Source: Octopus bimaculoides
Taxonomy: Eukaryota
Reading direction: 5' to 3'
DNA: 64,000 nucleotides
Assembly: GCF_001194135.2 (NCBI RefSeq)
Contig: NC_068983.1
Coordinates: 163,674,454 to 163,738,453 of the forward strand
The notes below the pieces were generated by a model that saw nothing but the letters and a program-made list of their open reading frames with translations, was not told the DNA's origin and ran no database searches. A program made the position numbers and the translations under genes. Shown here one piece after another: positions 38,000 to 50,440 of this stretch. How positions within the stretch are numbered: position 1 is the first letter of the stretch; each line of letters starts with the position of its first letter.

Positions 38000-38333
38000 T
38001 TAACCATGAAACGATTCGTATCCAATTAACTAAAGACTTGTTTTGTTTACGCTTTTCCCTCCGGTTTTTTGTTCTATGTGTGCCATAAATATCGCCATCC
38101 GTTTTAGAGAAAAATTTGTAGTTTAGAATCAGTAGTTCTTTGACTGCTATTTCTAAATTTTCAGTTATATATATATGTATGTATAAATGTATATATGCAT
38201 GTGTGTGTGTATGTGTGTGTGTGTGTGCGTATAGATACAAATTTACGTACGTTCATAGATGCATGCAGACAGACATACACACATACATGCATACGTGTTC
38301 GTTTGTATGTGTATATATCTTTGTATGTATATA

Positions 38334-38381
<48 letters not shown>

Positions 38382-39092
38382 CGTGTGTGTGTTTTTCTCA
38401 ATGTTAGCGTTATTAAATTATATTTGTAAAAATAACATTTACTGACGTAAGAGTCCAATACTTTTAGTGTTGTCAAATGAATTTGACGCATTGGTTAACT
38501 GGGACATCGAGTTTAGCCTCTCGCTCTTTATTCAATCTGTGATCGATAAAGAGAAATGGTTGTCTATTTATATAAGAAAATTTGATCCATAAAAGACATA
38601 TTAAAGATTTTGGTAGATATTTTTTGTAGTGATATAATTTAAAATTTGAAGAATATCCGGATAGATATTAAAAGGGGAAAAATGAGAAAGAGAGTAATAA
38701 AAATTGGAAGAGTGGAATAAAGGAGACATAAGGAGAGTAAAGCAGGAGTAAAAGAGGCAGAGGGTTGAGGAAGAAAGAAAAGAAGGGGAGAGATAAGAAA
38801 GGGAACACAAGTAGAGAAAGACGATGAGAAGAAAGAAAGGGGAAAAGAAAGGAAAATGTGAAAGAGGGGAAAAAGTGAACCGGAGGGGAAATAGTTTAGA
38901 AAAAGAAAACTTTCTTAAAAGATACTGAAGATGGAAATCATGGTTCTCCACGGATTTTTGTTTATGGACCCCTTCGTTCCTGTTATATTTTGCATCACCC
39001 GTATGTTAAAAAGAATCCCTATTATATTTTTATAATTAGCTATTATTAGGGATTGTAAAAAATAAAATTAAATATTTTGTGCATTGTATATA

Positions 39093-39255
39093 GGTGCTGG
39101 GGTGGCAGTGTGGTAAGCAGCTTGCTTCCCAACCACATGGTTCCGGGTTCAGTCCCGCTGCGTGGTATCTTGAGGAAGAGTCTTCTACTATAGTCTCGGG
39201 CCAACCAAAGCCTTGTGAATGGCTTTGTCAGACGGAAACTGAAAGAAGCCTGTCG

Positions 39256-39287
<32 letters not shown>

Positions 39288-39548
39288 AGGGTACCAGTCG
39301 ATTAGATCGACCGCAGTATGCAACTGGTACTTAATTTATCGACCCCGAAAGGATGAAAAGCATAGTCGATCTCGGCGGAATTTGAACTCAGAACGTAAAG
39401 ACAGACGATTTACCGGTAAGGATTTCGCCTGGTGTGCTCACCTTTCTGCTAACTCGCTGCCTTATATGTATATATATATTCACGTGTGTGTGTCTTTGTT
39501 TATCCTCCCACTATCGCTTGAGAACCGATATTGGTGTGTTAACGCCCA
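39093..39548 (+). mobile_element. SINE family B interrupted at its microsatellite by a family-A SINE (-, ~39292-39461)
   Basis: Order is B left arm, (TA/TG)n, A copy, (TA/TG)n, B right arm. Confidence 0.75.
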
Positions 39549-39653
39549 TCAAGTGTGTTGTGTGCCACTTTCTTTCATTTCTTCACTTACACGTGTATGT
39601 ATGTATGTATGTATGTATGTATACATATATATGTGTGTTTGTACATACATGCT

Positions 39654-39978
39654 GAGACCCCCTTCGGTCATGACTGACCATGGGATTGCACCTAGAAAGT
39701 TACCCTCCCAGGCACAAGTCCGGGCAAGGTTGTTTATGGAAGTCACCCATGCGTACCGGTCTCCCCTCTCCATGCCACCAATGTTATCCAAGGGAAAGGC
39801 AAAGGGGCTGATACAGCTTGGCACCTGTGACGTCGCAACTCATTTCTACAGCTGAGTGAACTGGACCAACGTGAAATAAAGTGTTTTGCTGAAGAACACA
39901 ACACGCAGCTTGGTCCGGGATTCGAATTCCTAACCTCACGATCATAAGCTCGACGCTCTAACCACTGAGCCATGCGCC

Positions 39979-39983
<5 letters not shown>
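39654..39983 (-). mobile_element. SINE family C, full length
   Basis: tRNA-like head ggcgcatggctcagtggttagagcg..ttcgaatcccgg with no acceptor stem; body homologous to 2962-3280. Confidence 0.85.
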
Positions 39984-40047
<64 letters not shown>

Positions 40048-40259
40048 TCGTGATTTCTTATATACCAGGCCCAGTACTCAGAGCCCACAGATTGCTTAGA
40101 GACAGAAGGCGTGTTATCAAAGCTTGCCTAGGCACGTGTCTTCACGGCAAGAAACTATTAGTAGCTCCTATCTCTATACTGTGCACATTATCTCTAATGT
40201 TTATCTCTAACTGGATGGAGTACATTTTTGTTGATCTTGCCTTAACGGTAACAGTAAAC

Positions 40260-40329
<70 letters not shown>

Positions 40330-41113
40330 NNNNNNNNNNNNNNNNNNNNNNNNNNNNNNNNNNNNNNNNNNNNNNNNNNNNNNNNNNNNNNNNNNNNNNN
40401 NNNNNNNNNNNNNNNNNNNNNNNNNNNNNNNNNNNNNNNNNNNNNNNNNNNNNNNNNNNNNNNNNNNNNNNNNNNNNNNNNNNNNNNNNNNNNNNNNNNN
40501 NNNNNNNNNNNNNNNNNNNNNNNNNNNNNNNNNNNNNNNNNNNNNNNNNNNNNNNNNNNNNNNNNNNNNNNNNNNNNNNNNNNNNNNNNNNNNNNNNNNN
40601 NNNNNNNNNNNNNNNNNNNNNNNNNNNNNNNNNNNNNNNNNNNNNNNNNNNNNNNNNNNNNNNNNNNNNNNNNNNNNNNNNNNNNNNNNNNNNNNNNNNN
40701 NNNNNNNNNNNNNNNNNNNNNNNNNNNNNNNNNNNNNNNNNNNNNNNNNNNNNNNNNNNNNNNNNNNNNNNNNNNNNNNNNNNNNNNNNNNNNNNNNNNN
40801 NNNNNNNNNNNNNNNNNNNNNNACATACATACGTACGTACCTACATATACACACATGTATACATAAATATATGTATATGTGCATATGCATAAATACACAC
40901 ACATACATACATACTCACATACCCACATACTTACATGCATACATACACACATACATACACACATGCCCACATACATACATGCATACATACACACATATAA
41001 ACACATTCATTGATACATACATGTATATATACAAGCATACATACGTACGCATGTAGTCACACATGCCTGTATACATAACTACATACATACTTACGTAATA
41101 GATAGATAGATAT

Positions 41114-41159
<46 letters not shown>

Positions 41160-41689
41160 CATACATACATACGTACATACATACGTACATACATGCATAC
41201 CTTCATGAAAAAATTTAAAGAGTGCAATAACCATTCAATGTTAAGATTCATATAATTTACCATCTTTGAAAAATGTGTCTTGGAGAATGTCGCTAAAATT
41301 CCGTACAAATATTTCAACATAAATATCTTACCATTCCACATACTGTGACCTTTGTGCATAAACAAACCAAACAAAACTTCAAACGCACGGTTGACGTGAT
41401 GCGGGGAGCTAAATATGTCGTATCAGATACAATTGTAGAATTAAAATAAGTCTTAGAGAAAAGAAACTTCCAGCTGAGAGGAACATTATATTTAATCGCG
41501 ATTCAAATTTATGAAAACTTTTAAAGAACAACACCATCTATTTAAATTGAAGATAAATCACCATTAAATGAACAAAAATAATTGCAACTATAAGTAGAAA
41601 TCTCCGTCGTCCCAATGGCGACTACAATTACGGAATGGCGGAGTTTGAAACAAAATATTATATAAAGGAAATGTGAGATCTGTGAAGTC

Positions 41690-41930
41690 GCGTGGCCTTG
41701 TGTTTAGAATGTTGTATTTACGATTGCAAGAACAGGGTTTCGATTCCCAAACCGGATGGTTCGTTGTGTTCTTGAGCAAAACACTTCGTTTCGCGTTACT
41801 CCATTCTGCTCAGCTCTAAATGAGTAACTCTGTGATAGACTGGCATCCCGATGAGGAGAAAGGGTGTTATTTTGGTCACTTATACGCCGTGGAAATCGAT
41901 AGTTGGCTCTGTGGCTTCTACGGCTCGAAA
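41690..41930 (+). mobile_element. Degenerate tRNA-headed SINE with a distinct tail
   Basis: Head gcgcgtggcc..gtttcgattccc, middle gagcaaaacact shared with families C/E, and a different 3' part. Confidence 0.55.
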
Positions 41931-43493
41931 CAGTCCTAATTGAGTAATAACGCCAAATGTGCAATCTCGGCCTAAATGTTTGCTTTGGAAAAAATTGAAA
42001 CGTCTCTGGAATATCGAACAATTAAAACTAGTTTTAAGCACGAAACACCTTAATTAAAAGGCTAAATGGATTATCAAAAGTAAGCTAATTCGTATAACTG
42101 AATCATCGAATTTAACAAAGGATTAATAATTTTGCCATAAACAAAGGCAACAAATAGAGATATATGCTACAATAACAACTTCGATGCAAAACAGTTTCAG
42201 ACAGAAATACACCCTAATACTAATAGCAGGCAGGGGTGACAGGCAGGGTGGAACGGGCAGGGTACGATAGGTAGGGTACGGCAGGCATGGTACGACAGGC
42301 ATGGTACGACAGGCACATCTCCTTTGCTCAAGGGACAATTTAGTTGAAATTCAATCTTTGGCTGAAGGAACTGCCTGCAAGTGGTTTGAACTGTGTTATG
42401 ACGGTTACAAAACATTGTTTTCACAATCGATTCAGAACAAATATAAGAAAAGGACCGTTTTAATTACAGCTTCGTGTAGTAAAGAAATTGCAGGAAATTT
42501 TTTAAAACACACAATGTAAAAGTATCTAAAAGTAACACGGTACTTTGAATTCCATTGCTGATTCAGCATAAGGCTCTGAAGCCGCGCAATGAACATTCAA
42601 GCAAGGCCCCTGTGTCATGGCGAGCCTATAACATGAAACATAAAATTTTATTTCAGCGAAGAGACATTTCTGTCTCGTAGGAAAGAAGTCTAACACAAAG
42701 TAGACATTCACAAAACATCAGAAACATATAAAAGAAAAGTTTGAAAAGCTGTTTGGAGAAACAGAATTTTAATTACTTCGGCTAAAATAAGAACGTATTG
42801 ATACAAATGTAAGGCAAAAATATAAATGTACGTATATCAAATGCCAGATTTTGAAGAGATTGTTTACTAAAGCTTTCTCGGGATCCTAATTAGTCTTTTG
42901 TAGTTTTAACATCATTTAGCGATCTCTGAAAAAAGACAAAAGTCATCAGATAACTAAGTTGGAAGTTACTGAAGTGTCGTCTATGGAGAAGAAATGGTAA
43001 GTTGAACAATGAAGCTATATAGATGGAAGAACTAGAAGATGGTTACTGCAATTATTTTGGACAATAAGTAGAAATTAATGGCACAAAAGCGGAAAATGTC
43101 CTTAAGAAAACAGACAGAAAGTCTTTAGATCCAGAATTTATAGAAGGATATTTGTTAAAAATCACACGTTTTGAAAGGAAGAATTCATTACAGTTATCAA
43201 CATGAGAAGTGCGTTAGATGTGTCCAAATGATCCATAATCTGATTGTTTCGAAATAGAGTCAAACCACCGAAGCGAAAATTTACATTCCAGATATAAAGA
43301 AGATGTCTCAATCTGTATTTATGATTTCCTCGTGCCACCAACACATGGACAAGGCAAGAAAGACGGAAATATGAAGTTATAAAGAACAGCCAGTAAAGAA
43401 TAAAATGAGTATGGAGAAAGAGAGAGTAAAGAACTGCAGCAAGTTGGCCGTTGTTCGTGTATGTGTGCGAGTGTGGATGCATGTGTGTTCGTG

Positions 43494-43534
<41 letters not shown>

Positions 43535-43684
43535 TCGTGTAAGTGCGTATTCATGTCTGTGTGTGTGGGTGTCTGTGTGTAGATCGTCAGTAAATCATAA
43601 AACCGAAGGAGAAGCACAAACTAAGTTGAGTATTTAGAGTGTTTTAGTTATGGCCAGGTCACTCTCTAAATATATATATGTGGA

Positions 43685-43910
43685 GGCGGCGGCGCGCTGG
43701 CCGAAACGTTGGCACGCCAGGCGAAATGCTTAGCAGGATTTCGTCTGTCGCGACGTTCTGAGTTCAAATTCCGCCGAGGTTGACTTTGCCTTTCATCCTT
43801 ACGGGGTCGATGAATTAAGTATCAGATGCGTACTAGGGTCGATCTAATCGACTGGACCCCTCTCCTCAAACATTTCTGGCCTTGTGCCTAGAGTGGAAAA
43901 GAATATTATT
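43685..43910 (+). mobile_element. SINE family A, full length
   Basis: Head, core and tail are all present. Confidence 0.85.
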
Positions 43911-44229
43911 CAACAAGGTGGTGAGCTGGCAGAAACACATACACACACACACGCACATACATGCGCTCACACTCGCAGACATAGAATAGTCTTCTCGCTC
44001 CTTTTATCCACAAAATCTATTTCCAAGGCATTTGATCGATCTTTGGTTATAGTTTGCAGAAGCCACTTCCCAAAGTGGCGAGCAATAGGATTGAACTAGA
44101 ATCCAGCTGGTTGCGAAACGAACTCCTTAGCCAGACAGTTGCATCTCAGCCTAATATACCAAAGAAATTATTGTTTACGTCATGACTGGGTTATCAAAAC
44201 ATTACACTTCCACGACCACGGGTCGCTGC

Positions 44230-44920
44230 TATTGAACATCTAATGAAGAATTGGTGCATCACTTTAGCAACTTCTCGTAGACGAGAAGAAACTGATCCAA
44301 TCTCATTTGATACGGAATCAAAAAAGCGAAGAGAAGGCGTTGAAGGGAGAACAGTTTCCTCTGAATCAGCGACGTGAACTTCGTTTACGGACAGAGATCG
44401 TGTGTAACGTGAACTTTCAGTTTTATATGCACTGTCACGTTTCTAGTTTCGGTTTGGAATCAACTAGAAAATAAATCGATCAGCCGAATAAGAAAGGGAA
44501 CGTCCCGATTTGCACTCAAAAGCATTCATCTGATGACAACGTGTTTTATTTAGAACGCACTAAGGACAAAAGCTTCAAAGATTCACTTCGATGTTCCATG
44601 CTCGATCTCGCAGTGAATATTTCAGGCATGCATTTTTCACCATAACTGAGCCTTGTAAAGAAACACCTAGCAAGAGGGAAACTGTAAGGAATCCCGACGG
44701 ATGACCTGAACCCGTAATACAGTCTTACTACGTAGTGTGGCATGCAATTTCTACAGGAGGATAGTATTGAACATCCATGCATTTGTTGAATACTCTGTCA
44801 CTTATATGCTAATTCAATGAATGAGCTGATAAAACATCCGAACATTCCTCGTCGAAACCGACGGAGGTCCGCTTCTTTTCTGACTATTAGTGGTAGAAAA
44901 CGTAAAGTTTGTTTCCAGTG
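44230..44920 (+). mobile_element. Decayed Helitron Rep N-terminal remnant
   Basis: Across frameshifts it reads QRRELRLRT..RDR, KETPS..RGKL, PEPV, QFLQ and GGPLLF/TISG, in the order expected for Helitrons. Confidence 0.4.
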
Positions 44921-45749
44921 TAACGAAGACTAGTTTTGTGATGGAATTATTTCCTCCACTGAACTCAGGACGTAAAAACAGACGAAATCCTGCTAAGCAC
45001 TTCGCCCGGCGTGCCAACGTTTCGGCCAGTGCGCCGCCTTCACATATATATATTTAGAGAATGAACTGGCCATAACTAAAACACTCTAAATACTCAACCT
45101 AGTTTGTGCTTCTCCTTCGGATTTATGATTTACTGACGATCTACACACAGACACCCACACACACATACATGAATACGCTCTTACACGAACACACGCATAC
45201 ACGCACACACATGCACTCACACTCGCACACATACAATAGTCTTCTCGCTGCTTTTATCCACAAAATCTATTTCCAGTGCATTTGATCGATCCTTGGTTAC
45301 AGTTTGCAGAAGCCACTTGCCAAAAGTGGCGTGCAATAAGATTGAACTAGAATCCAGCTGGTTGCGAAACGAACTCCTCAGCCAGACAGCTGCTTCTCAG
45401 CCTATAAATACCAAAGAAATTATTGTTTACTTCAAATGTTGTAAGATAGGACCTTATGGCCGATTAAACTGACCCTTAAATTTCCACTGACAGCTATTTA
45501 ATGAACTCATCCACACAAAAGGATCATCACAGGTCACAAAACATAAATTGTCCTGCAGCTAGTTTTGAACTCGTAGACCTTAGATAACTGTCTCAAGGCG
45601 ATCTACTGTCTGTAGCATCCATCAGCAGCCACTGATATCTATCGATATTACTAACTGCAGCAGCTTCAATATTTACACGCTGCAACTGTCGGTGCTAATG
45701 TTTCCGTTTCTATGAGATGCGCACCTGTTAATAGCAACCATTACCACCA

Positions 45750-45960
45750 CAAGTGGCTTGCTAGAAATACCAGCCAAATCTGCTTCAATTCATACCCTAC
45801 TCTCTTTTTTTTAAAGGGTACGCTGGATAATAGGATCCTTGGCTCTTTGCACATCGAATTAATACGGGATGGCCACAGCCTGAATATCTTTGGTTATAGG
45901 GTCTAGTCGACCAACATTGACCCCGGGTTTAAACAATAACAGTGCCCCACCCTTCCAACT
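45750..45960 (+). mobile_element. Family F (AAC)n-tailed retroposon
   Basis: ggcttgctagaaataccagccaaatc..ccccgggtttaaacaataac. Confidence 0.6.
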
Positions 45961-45989
45961 TCATTTTATTTTCACTCCAAACTTTCCAC

Positions 45990-46560
45990 AAAGCCAACAT
46001 CACCGCTGCTTTATTGTTAGCGTGAACACTACAACACCACCACCACCACTGCAACCACCACAATCAACACCGATACCATCAACACTGTTAATAACGTATG
46101 AACCACTACAGATACTACAACCTCACCACAAACAACACCTCAGTACTCTTACACCAATAACAAGGAGTACACCACCACCACCACCACCACAACCACCGCT
46201 AGCGCCACCACCACTACAGCTACTAAAACCACAACTACCGCCAACAACAACAGCAACAACTACTACAACATTATATCGCAATAACCACTACCACCACCAC
46301 CTCCACCACCACTACGACTACAACCACCACCACCACCACCACCACCACGGCCACTACTACCATCACCACCGCAAAGAAGACCATACTGCACCATTAGCAC
46401 TTTAGTATTCTCCCCCCCCCCACACCTCACCTCACCGTAACCACTACGATTACTACGATGACTACAAACAGCAGCAGCACCACCATCACCACCACCACCG
46501 TCACTGCTGCTGCTGGTGCCGCTGCAATCACCATTGCAACTGGGTGAATGGAGGAGTCAG
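45990..46560. repeat. CAC/CAA/TAC trinucleotide low-complexity tract
   Basis: Seen directly; it explains the P/T/H-rich ORF 45890-46405. Confidence 0.9.
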
Positions 46561-46892
46561 TCGCCAAAGTAATTCTACTCGCCTCGTACTACAACTACTA
46601 CCAACTTAGTTCTCTGTCTTCCATCATTTCTTGAATGAAACCAAATCAAGCAGACATATCTATCCATATTACAGAAGGGACAGACCATTTTAGAAACACC
46701 CCTCCTCCTCCTCCCTCTTCCTCATTCCATGCTAAACCTTCCTTTTTTCCAAATTAATGGAATCAACCACCGGCAGCGAGTTTATCACAAAACTCTCTCT
46801 TGTTCTCTATTTCTCCACATTCACCTCACATTTCAATATATATAAATATATGTGTGTGAGTGTGTATATATATATATATATANNNNNNNNNN

Positions 46893-46923
<31 letters not shown>

Positions 46924-48513
46924 ATATGTATATATACACACACACAACGGTTTCATTTACTCATTGTTTCCATTGAACTTGCATGTTCTCTCTTTCTCTC
47001 TATCTATCTATCTGTCTGTCTGCCTATCTATCTATCTATCTATCTGTGTGTGTGTGTCTGCCTGTCTGTATATCTATCTATCCATTTGTTTTTCTCTCCT
47101 TTTTCACTTCTCTTGCTCAGCTACCCCCCCCCNNNNNNNNNNNNNNNNNNNNNNNNNNNNNNNNNNNNNNNNNNNNNNNNNNNNNNNNNNNNNNNNNNNN
47201 NNNNNNNNNNNNNNNNNNNNNNNNNNNNNNNNNNNNNNNNNNNNNNNNNNNNNNNNNNNNNNNNNNNNNNNNNNNNNNNNNNNNNNNNNNNNNNNNNNNN
47301 NNNNNNNNNNNNNNNNNNNNNNNNNNNNNNNNNNNNNNNNNNNNNNNNNNNNNNNNNNNNNNNNNNNNNNNNNNNNNNNNNNNNNNNNNNNNNNNNNNNN
47401 NNNNNNNNNNNNNNNNNNNNNNNNNNNNNNNNNNNNNNNNNNNNNNNNNNNNNNNNNNNNNNNNNNNNNNNNNNNNNNNNNNNNNNNNNNNNNNNNNNNN
47501 NNNNNNNNNNNNNNNNNNNNNNNNNNNNNNNNNNNNNNNNNNNNNNNNNNNNNNNNNNNNNNNNNNNNNNNNNNNNNNNNNNNNNNNNNNNNNNNNNNNN
47601 NNNNNNNNNNNNNNNNNNNNNNNNNNNNNNNNNNNNNNNNNNNNNNNNNNNNNNNNNNNNNNNNNNNNNNNNNNNNNNNNNNNNNNNNNNNNNNNNNNNN
47701 NNNNNNNNNNNNNCAAGAAACTTGGCCAAGGTGCCACACAGTGGGACTGAACCCGGACCTATATATCTGGGAAGCAAACTTCTTTATTTCATTGAAATTG
47801 GCCATGAGGCTTTACATAGAAGGAAAGAAAAAGAAAAGAAAGAAGCTGCGGGCTGGACAAAGACATAATGGTATGTGTAATGAAGGTGATAATAATGAAT
47901 AAACGGGGGGAAACAGCAACGCCAGCCGATTGCTTGATCCCCGAAAACATTGTTCTCATATATGAGGCAACAAGCCTCTTACAAATGTTCATATTGTTCA
48001 TGATATCTATCACTGAAGCATTTTCGTCTTTCATGCATAACCCTCCTCATCCCAGTGACCGATTTTCGCTAACGCCCACGCCCTCTCTAGGCACACCTTG
48101 AGTGGCGTGTCGGCGTCGCCCGGATCCAAGTAACACATTTCTCTGATGTCAAGTAGCTCCTGCGCTACGCCCCACGTTGTGACCTACACAGCTATCTGCA
48201 GAGGCCATTCAGGATCCCGCATGCAGGCCATGGTTTCTCCCTTGGGATATTTCTGCCTCTCCCCTTTAATAGAAGAAGACCAACGTTTCTTCTTCCTCCA
48301 GTAAAGAGATAGATCCTTCCACAGTCGGCGGCACAATCCCCACCGGTGGTGGTTCAACATCCATTGGTACCTTTTTTCTTTTTTCCGGTGGGAGAAGAAG
48401 AGTCCTCCCGTTTACCCAGGGGACTCAATCCCTCTTCCAACTCTACATTTGTTTGAGGTTTCGGCGGGCTATTATTAATGCTGCCTTTCTCTTTTTACCT
48501 CTTTTTGTTGGAG

Positions 48514-49045
48514 CTATCGCCTCCTCATTTTTTTCCTGCAGAGCAGGACTACTTTTTTAATGTGTGTCGGCTCCTGGGACATTTTCTTGTCCCGGCGACA
48601 ATCCTTATTCAAATGGCCAGGCTCCAGGCACCCGTGATACTTGGGGGGTCTTCTCTCCAGGATCACAGGATGCCTAGACCCTGCCATGGTCAAGTAGTTT
48701 GGAAAGACCAGACTGTCATCGTCTAACTGGGTCCACAAAGATAATATGGCCTTAGCCCCGACCCAGTCAGCATATGGCAACAATTTTGCATTTAACAATT
48801 TAGTGTCTCTGGTGACACCAAGTGCGCTTTGGATGGTTACGGCCAACCAACTCTCTTTTAAACCTGGTGGCAACCCGTAGACGAACGCCCGATTACATTT
48901 TCTCCCACAATATGAGGGGAGGAACAAAATTTTCTCCCCTTCCAGAGGCTGACTGGCGAACTTATAAGCCATCACTAGGGTTCCAAACAACAACCATATA
49001 GTTGCATATTTGGAACCCCTGGTGATATGCTTTATCGCCGGGAGA
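48514..49045 (-). mobile_element. LINE ORF1/gag-like fragment with degenerate CCHC knuckle
   Basis: An open frame ends ERRPPKYHGCLEPGHLNKDC (C-x2-C-x4-H-x4-C with the first C changed to Y), preceded by an RRM-like region. A K/E-rich tail continues toward ~48100. Confidence 0.65.
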
Positions 49046-49329
49046 AGCAAGCTTCTTACCGCACAACTACACACCTCCGCATATAAAAAGATGAAGCGAT
49101 AAAAGATTCTTGTATATTTATGGATACGAAGATACTCACGCATGTATATATATATATATATATATATATNNNNNNNNNNNNNNNNNNNNNNNNNNNNNNN
49201 NNNNNNNNNNNNNNNNNNNNNNNNNNNNNNNNNNNNNNNNNNNNNNNNNNNNNNNNNNNNNNNNNNNNNNNNNNNNNNNNNNNNNNNNNNNNNNNNNNNN
49301 NNNNNNNNNNNNNNNNNNNNNAGTCGAAC

Positions 49330-49489
49330 AAATCGAAACCAATACTTATTGTATCGCCCTCTTTTGCCGAACCACTAGATTACAGGGACGTAAAAACACC
49401 AACATCGGTTGTCGAGCGATGATGGTGGAAGGACAGACACAAACACGCAAACATATACTTATATATGTGTGTGTGTGTGTGTGTGTAAG

Positions 49490-49531
<42 letters not shown>

Positions 49532-49700
49532 AATATACGACGGGTTTCTTTCAGTTTCCGTCTACCAAATCCACTCACAAGGCTTTGGTCAGCCTGAGGC
49601 TATAGTAGAAGACACTCGCCCAAGGTGTCACACGGTCGGACTGAACCCGGAACCATGTGATTGGGAGGCAAACTTCTTACGACACAGCCACACCTGCGCC
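49330..49700 (-). mobile_element. SINE family B
   Basis: Reverse complement of both arms with a central microsatellite. Confidence 0.85.
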
Positions 49701-49904
49701 CATTCACACAGTCACGCCTGCACACACATGCATATAGGTATGCACATGCATTATATATGTACACTGACGCATTTGTATAAGTATGCATTTACAGGTATAT
49801 TTACACACACAAAATTTTATAATCATCGACTCGCTATTTATCTAATTATCCGTGTACACTGCCAATTTGCAATCCTTCCTGTCATACATTCGTACGTACA
49901 TACG

Positions 49905-49970
<66 letters not shown>

Positions 49971-50040
49971 TACATACATACACATACATACATCCATACA
50001 TACATACAAACATACATGCATACAAACATACATACATAAA

Positions 50041-50270
50041 CGAGACTTCTCAAAACCAGAATGGCGAAAGCTAATCGGAAGACTACACATCCAGGCCATC
50101 ACTGGAACAGTAGAAATCTGTAAAACATTCAAGAAGTTTATCATTCAAGTATATATGCGCATGAATAGACATGCAACTATACGCCTGAGAATACATGCAA
50201 GAAACAAAACATGCAGATCTGAAAATGAACCGGCTTCAAATACTGCTCGTATACATACATACATACAAAA
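50041..50270 (+). mobile_element. RLE retrotransposon 3' end, family epsilon
   Basis: Encodes FSKPEWRKLIGRLHIQAITGTVEICKTFKKF; (ACAT)n on both sides. Confidence 0.7.
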
Positions 50271-50389
50271 TTACCGTCTCTGTGCTTACTATTACTCTCA
50301 CCCCAACATGAGGAATAGTAGAAGTGTCATTGAATAATGAGAGAGTATGTCAAAATGTGACAGACTGACACACAGAAATTCGGTTTGGC

Positions 50390-50440
<51 letters not shown>

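Larger units (their letters stand above)
43458..45430. repeat. Local inverted plus direct segmental duplication
   Basis: 43458-43766 is inverted at 44960-45234; 43970-44178 is repeated directly at 45220-45430. Confidence 0.85.

Noticed and set aside
39930-39983. tRNA gene
   Set aside because: It has no acceptor stem and continues into a SINE body; the same applies to the other tRNA-like heads.
42220-43200. 14-bp tandem repeat and protein-like frames
   Set aside because: No recognisable motifs, and frames carry multiple stops.
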